From positions 152,522,001-152,586,000 of the forward strand of contig CM059432.1 in the NCBI GenBank assembly GCA_030390025.1: a stretch of DNA of 64,000 bases. Direction: 5' to 3'. Of the stretch, positions 50,364-61,489 are shown in pieces. Source of the DNA: Squalus acanthias. Taxonomy: Eukaryota. Below the pieces are notes generated by a model. That model saw only the letters and a list, made by a program, of their open reading frames with translations, had not been told where the DNA came from and made no database searches. Numbering within the stretch: position 1 is the first letter of the stretch; each line of letters begins with the position of its first letter. A program made the position numbers and the translations under genes.

Positions 50364-51136
50364 TACCCTTTTGGATTGGTTGAACTAGTTCCTAATAGTT
50401 GACCTTCTTACCAGCTGCTAATATAAACAAGAACTCATGTGCCTCCATTTTTTAAATGCCTCAGAGGAGTTGGTGGTGTTGAATGGCTTTATTGTACCTT
50501 TTGAGGTCCTGTGTGTACTTAAGCCAAGCTACAGATGAGCAAAGTGTTGATAGCTGTCTATATAAACACTTTGTGCAGACAATATGCTCTTGGAGGAAGG
50601 GATCTCTTTTTTATAAGAGTTACTATTTTTGGATGTGTCACTTGCTTTTGTTAAAAGTGGGAAATCGTGAGTTTGTAAGGTTAATCTGAAGGAGCAGTCG
50701 ACAAAGAAAGCGGCAAATCCATTGTCACCTCTTCTAGCAAATGATTAACATTTCACTGGTTTAGATAAAGACGAGCCATCCCAAAACCAACTAATAAGGA
50801 CTAATTATGTTCTTTGCATAATGCTGCCACAATACACATTGTTCTGCTCCTGCTGGGCAGTTTAACAGTTTGTCCTAAACAGAGATAAATAACAATTTCC
50901 TGATGAGGATAATCGAGGGTTTGAAAGCTTGACGCTGCTGCTCTCAACTCTTGTCGGAATTCCTAGATTTCTACGTTTAAAAAAAAATCAGTGCAGTTTA
51001 TTTTCTGCTCTAATTTCCTGAAGGGAGTGACTTGTGCTGTGGTACAGTCCACAAGTGCCATGGCGTACTGAAGTGTATACTAGGATGTGCAGAGTATACC
51101 CATTAAAAAAAAAATATTTGGAGGTAAAAGTATGTT

Positions 51137-51372
51137 TAACAACAACTTGCATTTTTATAGCCCCTTTAACGTAGTAAAATGTCCAAAGGCACTTTGCAGG
51201 GGTGCAATCGAACAGAAACTGACACTGAGCCAAAGAAGGAGATGTTAGGACAGGTGACCAAAAACATGGATAAAGAGGAACATTTTAAGGGGGAGGGGGG
51301 TCTTAAAGCAGGAGAAAGGTGGATAGGGTTAGGGAGGGAATTCCACAGTTTAGGGCTCGAGACAGCTGAAGA
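51137..51372 (-). mobile_element. L2-clade LINE 3' tail
   Basis: Reverse complement of 28494-28735. Confidence 0.72.
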
Positions 51373-51581
51373 CACCCTTTTTTGGGAGAATGTAATTGCA
51401 GGTATGATAAGTTTACCCACTTTTCATTTTTGGAGGTTAAGTCATAAATAAGGATTAAAAGTAATGGGGGTAGATTTCCGCGGGAATCTCCCGATCGTCA
51501 ATTGTAACTTTGGCGGAGGATCTGTGGAGTTTACTCTGTTTCTACAGGATGTCCGCAGATCTTCCACCAAAGTTATAATGC

Positions 51582-51990
51582 AAGGACTTGCGTTTATATA
51601 ATTCCTTTCTCGAGCTCAGGAAGTCCCAAAGCGCTTCACAGCCAACAAAGTAGTTTTGAAGTGTGGTCACTGTTGTAATGTAGGAAAAGCGTCAGCCAAT
51701 TTGTGCACAGCAAGGTCCCACAAACAGCAATGTGATGATGACCAGATAATCTGTTTTAGTGATGTTGGTTGAGGGATAAATATTGGCCAGGACACCAGGG
51801 ATAACTCCCCTGCTCTTCTTCGAATAGTGCCATGGGATCTTTTACGTCTAGCCGAAAGACGACATCTCTGACAGTGCAGCACTCCCTCTGTACTGCACTG
51901 GAGTGTCAGCGAAGAGTTTATGCTCAAGTCCTTGGAATGGGGCTTAAACCCACAACCGTCTGACTCAGTGGTGGGAGTTCTACCATGGCT
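51582..51990 (-). mobile_element. DeuSINE copy
   Basis: Colinear with the other copies. Confidence 0.82.
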
Positions 51991-52217
51991 TGGCAGATGA
52001 GTGGGAGAACCCCCACTTGGAAATTAATGGCGAGTGTATAAAGTTAGTCCTCACGAGCATATCTTCCAGATGCATGTATACATAGGGTCACACCTGTGTT
52101 AGGAGTATCACTTGAAGGTTCATTTGCTAATGTCGCTAACAGTAGTTTCTAGACTCAAAAAAGTTTATTGCCATAGCAAAAAACAAGAATCAAGAAACAG
52201 ATTGTATTAATTATCTT

Positions 52218-53365
52218 ATTACCTCAAATTCGGCTGCCCTCAAAAGTTTGTCACCATCCTCCGCCTGCTTCACGACGACATGCAAGCCGTGATCCTGACC
52301 AATGGTTCCACCACAGACCCAATTCACGTACGAACTGGGGTCAAGCAAGGCTGTGTCATCGCACCAACGCTCTTCTCGATCTTCCTTGCTGCAATGCTCC
52401 ATCTCACCCTCAGTAAGCTCCCCACTGGAGTGGAGCTAATTTACAGAACAAACGGGAAACTGTTCAACCTCCGTCGCCTCCAGTCCAGATCCAAGGTCGT
52501 CCCATCCTCTGTCGTCGAATTACAGTATGCAGACAATGCTTGCGTCTGCGCTCACTCGGAGGTCGAACTCCAAACCATCGTCAACACCTTCACCGAAGCG
52601 TACGAGAGCATGGGCCTTACACTAAACATCCGTAAGACAAAGGTCCTCTACCAATCTGCCCCCACCACACAGTACTGCCCCCCGATTATCAAAATCCACG
52701 ACAAGGCCTTGGACAACGTGGACCACTTTCCATACCTCGGGAGCCTACTGTCAACAAGGGCAGACGTCGACGACGAAGTCCAACACCGCCTTCAGTGTGC
52801 AGTGCAGCCTTCGGTCGCCTGAGGAAGAGAGTGTTTGAAGACCAGGACCTCAAACCCGGCACTAAGCTCATGGTCTACAGAGCAGCAGTGATACCCGCCC
52901 TGCTGTATGCCTCAGAGACATGGACCATGTACAGCAGGCACCTCAAAGCACTGGAGAGATACCACCAACGCTGCCTCCGCAAGATCCTGCAAATCCATTG
53001 GCAGGATAGGCGCACCAACATCAGTGTTCTTGCTCAGGCCCTCAGAGCCTCCTTGAAAAAGTGTAACATCCCCACCGACACCTGGGAATCCCTGGCCCAA
53101 GACCACACAAAGTGGAGGAGAAGCATCCGGGAAGGCGCCGAACACCTCGAATCTCTTCGCCGGGAGCAAGCGGAAGCCAAGCGCAGGCAGCGCAAGGAGC
53201 GCACGTCAACCCAAGCACCCCACCCACCCGCCCCTTCAACCACCGTCTGCCCCACCTGTGACAGAGACTGTAGGTCCCGCATTGGACTCATCAGTCACCT
53301 GCGAACTCATTTTTAATGTGGAAGCAAGTCATCCTCGGTTCCGAGGGACTGCCCAAGAAGAAGAT
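52218..53365 (+). mobile_element. 5'-truncated RTE-clade LINE
   Basis: GVKQGCVIAPTLF, ELQYADNAC, FPYLGS, LLYASETW and a C-terminal CPTC...HLRTH zinc finger. Short 3' UTR ending in (aag)n. Confidence 0.92.
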
Positions 53366-55253
53366 TAATAATTGAGGACCCCTAATAGTTTTCTATCCAT
53401 GTTATGGTTTCTTTTTGCAGGAAGTAATATATGTCAGCAAATATTTACATTTATAGAAAAGTCTACTCCAAATGTAAAATGCATCAATTAAATTGTCAGA
53501 AATAGTTGTTTTTTCTGGGGGAGCCCCCATCCGAAAAAATAAATCTTGTATGTGATGTACGGTTTACCCACTGCGAAAATCGGCACTGCCCCACTGACCA
53601 GTGCTGGCAACTTTGCTGGACCTCATGCAAATGTCAACTCTCTTTTCATGTGAACCTGGACAAGGTGTGTGAGAAGGCTGTTCCATCATGGCGGGATGGA
53701 GTGGGATAGTGCGCTACAGTCTCGCTCAATCCTGTCAAAAACATGACCTCCGTACACCCACACATTCCAGCAGGAGGCACTGGTTAGCAGTTAGGAGTGA
53801 GGGCCCTGGACAGAATTAGGGTTGTCCTTAGTCCAGGGACATTCTCCAGCAGAGAGCAGGGGTCTAACGAGGACCGTACCGCCTTATATGTTGAGTGCCA
53901 CACCATGTGAGGCATCCAAGTTGGTGACTTTGCTTCAAATATATCATAAAATGAGTTTAGAAGATCTTCTCTCGCTGTTGTCTTTTTGTAATTAGCGAAG
54001 AGACGGCGGTATAAAGTGTAGCTCGGTGCTGAGCACAGAGAGCAGCTGTTCATTCTTGAAAATCAGAACATGCCGCAAGCACCTCTGGGGTCTTTTAACA
54101 TTGCTGAAGGTGTGACCATGTTCATTACTCAGCGGGGTGTCTCTGTCGTTAACGCTTTGTTTTTATTGTTAAGCAGAGTGTCTCCCGATAGGCCTTGAAA
54201 CCATTTACACCCCTCGAGATCTTGGATTTGGGCAGTTTATGTTTTCGGAGAGTAAGGTGAGGACACCAGTGACTGCCTCGGCTGAAAGGCTATTCTGGCA
54301 TGATGTGAGGCACCTATTTGTTCACATTGAGCTGTGTGTAACCCACAGTTAGGGAATGTGAGTTTCCGCACCAGTCTTTTTTCTTCTGAGGGGGAGAGAG
54401 TTATAAAGCGCCAAGTTACATACATACCAGATTTACTGTGTGATGAACTTGGCACTGTAAACACAGGGTATTTGTTAGTTTTATATTTCCTCGGATGACA
54501 AGCTAGTGAAATTTTACTCCGTAACATGTTAATCTGACATCGTGCTAACCCAAATATGTCTGCTGAGATGCTGCCTGGATATAAAGCAGCCAGACAGCTG
54601 GGTTTTGGTTACCACACTTAACTGGTTAGAGGAGATTCACTTTTCTCTAGCCGGGATTGTTACGAGCTCAAAACCAGACTAAATCAAGCCTTTAAAGGCT
54701 TTGAAATGTAACCACTTAACACTGTTGTGCCAAATACCCATTCAATATATTTTAGTTACAAGGTTTAGAAGAGTAAATAAGAAGATTGATGCTGCTGTTT
54801 TCAAAATAACAATAGCGTGACCCCTGAACACATTTATAGCACAATCGGACAAATTTCACCTGGACCAAGCAGATTAAACAAGCCGTGCAAAGTTGACACA
54901 GTATTTATTTAAACTAAAATGTCATACCATTAACACAGTGATTTTTATCGTGTCTTAAGTAGCAGTCAGATTTGGAGCAGAATTCTGTTCAATTTACAGT
55001 GCCAGTAAATAGCCTTAACGGCCCAGTGTATGGATCATTTGGTGGTGCAAGAAGGGAAAAACCACATCTTGAAACACTGACACCCCCCGTGAGAGGAGGC
55101 TTTGGACGATGTGCCGTTTCTTCAGTTTCACCATTGCAGAGAGGTCTCGACTCAGCGTTGTTAAGAATACAGAGACGGTTTAGAAGGGCAGGCATTACTC
55201 GCCATATTGGAAGTTTAACACTGAGTTAAAAAAAAAATCCCATGAAAGACTTA

Positions 55254-56054
55254 GGGGGAAAAATTGGGTATCGCCCATTTTGGGGCGCTAATATCGGCCG
55301 GGCGCAAAGTTTAGCACTCAGCGCTAATTATCGCCTCCGACTGCAAAATTTGCCTCTATCTCCCCTGGAGTTGATTGGCGCTACGCCCCTCTGTTAAGGC
55401 GCAAATGTCGGGGAGCGAGGCGCTACCTCAGAACGCTACCGACACTCAGGCGATGCCAGTTACCATGGAAGCCAGACAGACTGGCGCCTTCCAGTTCTTA
55501 AAGGGGAGGGGCCACCTTGCTGGCCAGACACACCCTGCTCATTGCAGTCTTGAATCTCGGCCTGGAGAGACCTCGAAAGCAATTGTGTTGGAAGCACTAA
55601 TGGATAGGCCCAGGGTAAGAGCTCGGCGCTTAGGAACCTCAAATATGGTGCTGAGGGCCAAAACCTTAGGACAGCGTTAAATCTCTCCAGACGTCTCTCT
55701 CCTTCTCAACCTGCGTGTTCCAAAAATTTCGCTGACAAGAAAAGGCAGGAAGCGCCCGCCTTTAAATAGCGCTCCCCCAGCCCCTTCCCAACTTGAAAAC
55801 ATTCCCCTCTACCTGTCGTTCCTAGCGGCAGGTGCTAAGGCAGGGGCTGTGACTCAATATCCGGTCCGGGGCGCTACGTGCTCGACTGATGTCACGATCT
55901 GCAGGCGCAGGAGATCGTGGCGGTAGTGTTTAGCGCCGCCGCAAAACGACTGGTCAATTTCGCGAGCGGCGCTAAAATCGCCGCGCTCGGGCGCTAAGTT
56001 CCTAGCGCCCTGTTAGCGCCCCCTGGAGATGCTAACCAACCGAATTTTTCCCCC
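55254..56054 (+). mobile_element. Harbinger-like MITE, family A subfamily with a divergent core
   Basis: TIRs GGGGGAAAAATT / AATTTTTCCCCC and TSD TTA (55251-55253, 56055-56057). Colinear with 60602-61486. Confidence 0.85.
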
Positions 56055-56249
56055 TTAGACCTGACCAACTTTAAAAAGTGCTGCGTTGATTTCAACTCTT
56101 TATGACCATTCCCCATGGTCCTGTGTCACTTCAGTAGCAGAAATATTTGTACTTTTTTGCTAGCACACATTGAGCACCATCCAAATATGGAATTCTTTTC
56201 TAAAAATTACATTCTGGCGAGCTTAAGTTATGCTAAACTTTTATTAATC

Positions 56250-56787
56250 ACTGGTTCAGCCCCAGCTGGAGTATTGTGTCCTATTCTGGGCACCACACTT
56301 TAGGAAGGATGTCAAGGCCTTAGAGAGGGTGCAGAGGAGATTTACTAGAATGGTACCAGGGATACGGGACTTGTGGAGAGACTGGAGAAGCTGGAGTTGT
56401 TTTCCTTGGAGCAGTGAAGGTTAAGGGGAGATTTAATAGAGGTGTTCAAAATCATGAAGGGTTTTGGTAGAGTAAATAAGGAGAGACTGTTTCCAGTGAA
56501 AGAACGGTCGGTAACCAGAGGACACAGATTTAAGGTAATTTGGAAAAGAACCAGAGGGAAGAGGAGAATGTTTTTACGCAGTGAGTTGTTGTGATCTGGA
56601 ATGAGCTGCCTGAAAGGGCGGTGGGAGCAGATACGATAGCAACTTTCAAAAGGGAATTGGATAAATACTTGAAGGGCAAAATTTTGCAGGGCTATGGGGA
56701 AAGGGCAGGGGAGTGGGAGTAGTTGGATAGCTCTTTCACAGAGAGCTGAATGGCCTCCTTCTGTGCTATATCATTCTATGATTCTAC
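56250..56787 (+). mobile_element. CR1 LINE 3' fragment
   Basis: cagctggagtattgtgtcctattctgg... through the ttctatgattcta tail. Confidence 0.88.
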
Positions 56788-57039
56788 GCACTGAATTAAT
56801 GGAGCTGAGAGCATCATTAACCCTTATCACAAACGGTGAAGTCCGTTCAGGCTTAAAGATAAATGAAACTGCAGTTTGTAAAATTAGAAAATGTACGATG
56901 AAAAATATATCATTGATATCATTGATAGGAATAAGTGTCGATGAACATCCCATATTTTTCCCTCAACAAACATGTTTTTTTATTCAACAGTATAAAAATA
57001 AATGGAGTTGAATCCACAGCTGTACTGAATCTTGGTTTG

Positions 57040-58920
57040 TTCTTCCAGAAGGCATTCGATAAAGTCCCTCATAAGAGACTGTCAGTTAAAGTTGAAGCTC
57101 ATGGAATTGAAGGTAAATTATTGGGCCGAAAATTGATCCCGGGACGGGAGAGTACACACTGCATACTCTCGCGTATTCCCACTCCAATTGCCGGTTTTCT
57201 GCATGCCCTGCGCATGCGCTGAAAACCGGCAATTGCTCTTCCGAAAAGGGGGCGGGGCCTGGCTGCATCGCGTGCGCGCTACAGGCTGCGCGCACGCTGT
57301 GCACTTCATGCTGTGGACGCGCAGGTAAGTAGGGAAGATTTTGGAAATGTAAAAAGGAGGAGTAAGACCCGCTTTTAAGAAGGTAAGTAGTGAATTAAGT
57401 ATTTTTTTGAATTTTTTTTTACAGGTATATCTTTTTTATAGACTTTAAAGACAGGTAAGTTTATTTTTATAACTTTTTAAAAGATTTTAAATTTTTTCAA
57501 AAATTTAATTTTTATTTAAAATGGTTAATTTAATTAACTATACTTATTTTATTAATGTGATGGTTTTTTTTTTAAATTTAATTGAGGTTTAGCTGTTATT
57601 TTGGGGGGGTGTAAGATTCATAAGTCTCACAGCCATGCTGTGAGACTTATGAATGGAAGATGGTGTGCTGCCATTGGCTCTAACTGAGTCACGTGATCCC
57701 ACAGCTCGCACGAATTAACTACGCCGCTGGGATACGCAAGCCCAGCACAGCTGATGTCTGGAACATCAATTTCGTGCGAGCTGGATCAGAAAAAGCATAA
57801 GCGAGGTGAGACATCGCGGGGAAGGCTTACCCCCGCGGGAACAGAGCGAGATCAATTTCTGGGCCATTAACCTGGTTAGGAGATTGGCTGAGCGGCAGGA
57901 GACAGTAGGGATAATGGGCAGGTACTGTAATTGGCAGGATGTGACTAGTGGCGTCCCGCAGGGATCTGTGTTGGGGCCTCAACTATTCACCGTATTTATT
58001 AGCGACTTAGATGACGTGATAGAGAGCCACATATCCAAGTTTGCCGATGACATAAGATAGGCGGCATTGTAAGCAGTGTAGATGGAAGCATAAAATTACA
58101 AAGAGATATTGATAGATTAACTGCGGCAAGTGAATTTTAGTATAGGCCATCCTCTTGAGGTCGTCCACTTTGGACCTAAAGAGGATAGATCAGAGTACTT
58201 TCTAAATGGTGAGAAGCTAGAAACAGTGGCGGTCCAAAGAGACTTGCGGGTCCAGGTACATCGATCATTAAAATGTCATGAACAGGTTCAGAAAATAATC
58301 AAAAAGGCTAATGGAATGCTGGCCTTTATATCTAGCGGACTAGAATACAAGGGGTAGAAGTTATGCTGCAGCTATACAAAGCCCTGGTTAGACCACACCT
58401 GGAGCACTGTGAGCAGTTCTGGGCACCACACCTTAGAAGGATATATTGGCCTTGGAGGGAGTGCAGCGTAGGTTTACCAGAATGATACCCGGACTCCAAG
58501 GGTTAAGTTACGAGGAGAGATTACACAAACTGGGGTTGTATTCCCTGGAATTTCGAAGGTTAAGAGGTGATTTGATCAAAGTTTTCAAGATATTAAGGGG
58601 AACGGATAGGGTAGAGAGAAACTATTTCCGCTGGTTGGACATTCCAGGACTGGGGGCATAGTCTAGAAATTAGAGCCAGGCCTTTCAGGAGTGAAATTCG
58701 GAAACACTTCTACACACAAAGGGTGGTAGAAGTTTGGAACTCTCTTCCGACATGGCAGTTGATGCCAGATCAATTGTTAATTTAAAATTTGGGATTGATA
58801 GATTTTTGTTAACCAAAGGTATTAAGGGATATGGGGCAAAGGCGGGGTATGGCAGATCAACCATGATCTCATTGAATGGCAGAACAGCTAAATGGCCTAC
58901 TGCTGTTCCTATGTTCTTGT
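57040..58920 (+). mobile_element. Decayed CR1 LINE 3' half, interrupted by a MITE
   Basis: FQKAFDKVPH, SGVPQGSVLGP, FADD and YEERLHKLGLYSLE motifs spread across frameshifts. Confidence 0.9.
57123..57865. mobile_element. Harbinger-like MITE, family C
   Basis: TIR GGGCCGAAAATTGATC / GATCAATTTCTGGGCC (13/16) and TSD ATT (57120-57122, 57866-57868). The host CR1 is continuous when the MITE is removed. Confidence 0.82.
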
Positions 58921-59211
58921 TGGTTTTTATAGCCTTGACCGCTTTGGTTGCTGTATTGAATGAACCAGGTGTTTACCGGTTGTTAAGTGTTGTGGCAAGA
59001 TTGATGTTCTGGGTGATGGGCGCCAGGGAGACAAGTAACTCGATGGACAAGAAGAGCAGCTTTGATGCTGAATTTTTAGATCTGTACCTTAGCTCAGTGG
59101 CAGTTTTGTGAATCTACGACCATTAAATTCCTGGGTAAAAATGCACAGGTTGTGACTCAAAAAAAATATAATGACCATGGCGATGCTTCTTGACTTCATT
59201 CATTCGTGAGA

Positions 59212-59790
59212 CATAGAATCTTACAGCACAGAAGGAGGCCTTTTGGCCCATTGTGCATGTGCTGGCTCTTTGAAAGAGCTCTCCAATTAGTCCCTCTCCT
59301 ATTTCCCCATAGCCCTGCAGATTTTTCCTTTTCATTTATATGTGCAATTTCCTTTTGAAAGTTACTATTAAATCTGCTTTCACCACCCTTTCAGGCAGTG
59401 CAATACAAATCATAATAACTCGCTGAGTAAAATTGTTTTTCCTCATCATTTGCCAATTATCGTAAATCTGTGTCCTCTGGTTATCGACCCTCCTGCCAGT
59501 GGAAATGGTTTCTCCCTATCTACTCTATCAAAACCCTTCAAATTTGCAGCACCTCTATTACATCTCCCCTTAACCTTCCCTGCTCCAAGGAGAACAACCG
59601 CAGCTTCTCTAGTCTCTCCACCTAATGGAAGTCCCTCATCCCTGGGTCCATTCTAGTAAATCTGCTCTGCACCCTCTCCAAGGCCTTGACATCCTTCCTA
59701 AAGTCTGGTGCCCAGGATTTGACGCAATACTCTAGCCGAGGCTCAACCAGTGTTTTATAAAGGTTTAGCATAACTTTCTTGCTTTTGTAC
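59212..59790 (-). mobile_element. CR1 LINE 3' fragment
   Basis: YKSKKVMLNLYKTLVEPRLEYCVKSW on the minus strand plus 3' UTR. Confidence 0.88.
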
Positions 59791-60280
59791 ATGGGTCCAA
59801 AGAACATGAATGACTTGGTGTCTCTCACTTGACTGTGTTCTACAACTCTCAGTATTTACTGTGTGTTGGATGCTCAAAGGCTGCCAATAAATGTCCAATG
59901 AGTGTGCACATTGGCAAAAGGACTCTGCATGTCAATGCCTGGTTTCCACGAGTGCTCACGATGCACATAGCTTAAGGGAATGATGGATTCTCCAACTGTT
60001 CAGGGTGACAGTAGGTTGACAGGTTGGTAGCTCAGATATATGGGTTACCTGCCCGAATCATGGCTCAGGGACACCAGTGCGCAATCCCTGTACTCAGTGA
60101 GCCCAGCAGTATACAGTTAGATGTATTCAAGAGGCAGAAACATCCGAGAGTGGGCATTTGAGCTGCTCTGCAATATGGTCTGGAGAGAATTGGCATAATG
60201 ATACTGTCTTGTTGCATGCTGATAAACATTCTCATGGAGAGAGGCTGAAGCATAATTGTGGATGAGGAGCAGTAAAGAGT

Positions 60281-60388
60281 GAAAGAACTTGCATTTCTAT
60301 AGCATCTTTCACAACCTCAGGATGTCCCAAAGCACTTTACAGCCAATGAAGTACTTTTGAAGTGTAGTCACTGTTGTAATGTAGGAAC
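60281..60388 (-). mobile_element. DeuSINE 3' fragment
   Basis: Same tail as 264-407. Confidence 0.8.
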
Positions 60389-60601
60389 AAGTCATGCAAC
60401 TGGAGAGAAAGAAGGACCAGGAGCCGCTAGTGCAGAAAGCAATACGGCCGTGCTGGGCATTGATTGAGGAGTTCTCGCTTTGAGGAATGCACTGGGTCTT
60501 AGCAGCAAGTATCCTGACAAATTTGAGGGACTTGCAAACTATGCTTCACTTCAACATATTTTACCGTTTGGTTAATATTGCTTATGGCTATTATAGTCAT
60601 A

Positions 60602-61486
60602 GGGGGAGAAATTCAGTATCGCCCCATTTGGGGCGCAATTATCGGCCGGGTGCAAAGATTAGCGCTTGGCGCTAATTATCGCCACCGACTGCAAACTTGA
60701 CTTTTAACGCTCCTGGAGGTGATTAGAGCGCTAAATCAGGCGCTTCACACCTGTCTTAAGGCGCAAAGGCCGAGGAGCGAGGCGCTACCTCAGAGTGCTG
60801 GCGAAGCTCATGTAATGTCAGTCAGCAATGGAACACACACACAGTGGCGCGGGCCAGTTCTTAAAGGGGATGGTTAATCTTGCTTTCCATCCACATCCTG
60901 CTCATTGCAGCCTTGAATCTCGGCCTGGAGAGACTTGCACATCAAATCTGCTGGAAAGAACAATGGAGAGTACCAGGCAAAGAGCTAAGAGTGCAGCCCC
61001 CACAGTCTCTTCTAAATCGATACAAGGAATGGCAAATCAAAATGAACCTGCAAAGTGCTGCTCAGTACCCAAAACTCCTTCACACAACGTTGAATCTCTC
61101 CAGAAGTCTCTCTCTCAGAATGCGTAGTTCAAAAATGGCACCAACAGTAAAAGGCAGGAAGCGGTCACCTTTAAATAGCGCTCCCCCTTTCCCTTCATGA
61201 CTGCAGAACGCTCCCCTCAACCTGTCGTTGCTAGCATCAGGCGGTAAGGCAGGGGGCGCCACTCAATATCCGCTCCGGGGCGATACCGGGGCGTTGCGCA
61301 CTCGACTGACGTCACGATCTGCCGGCGCAGGAGATCGTGGCGGTAGTGTTTAGCGCCGCCGCAAAATGTCTAGTTAATTTCGCGAGCGGTGCAAACTTCT
61401 CCGCCCCTGGGCGCTAGATGCTTTGCGCCCCATTAGTGCCCTCTTAAGGCGCTAACGGGAGGCGCAACCAACTGAATTTTTCCCCC
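60602..61486 (+). mobile_element. Harbinger-like MITE, family A copy 2
   Basis: TIRs GGGGGAGAAATT / AATTTTTCCCCC and TSD ATA (60599-60601, 61487-61489). Inverted relative to 15472-16364 and inserted in a CR1 3' tail. Confidence 0.87.
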
Positions 61487-61489
61487 ATA

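Noticed and set aside
60828..61200. Short ORFs shared between MITE copies as real proteins
   Set aside because: The similarity reflects DNA-level copy identity, and ORF ends differ between copies.
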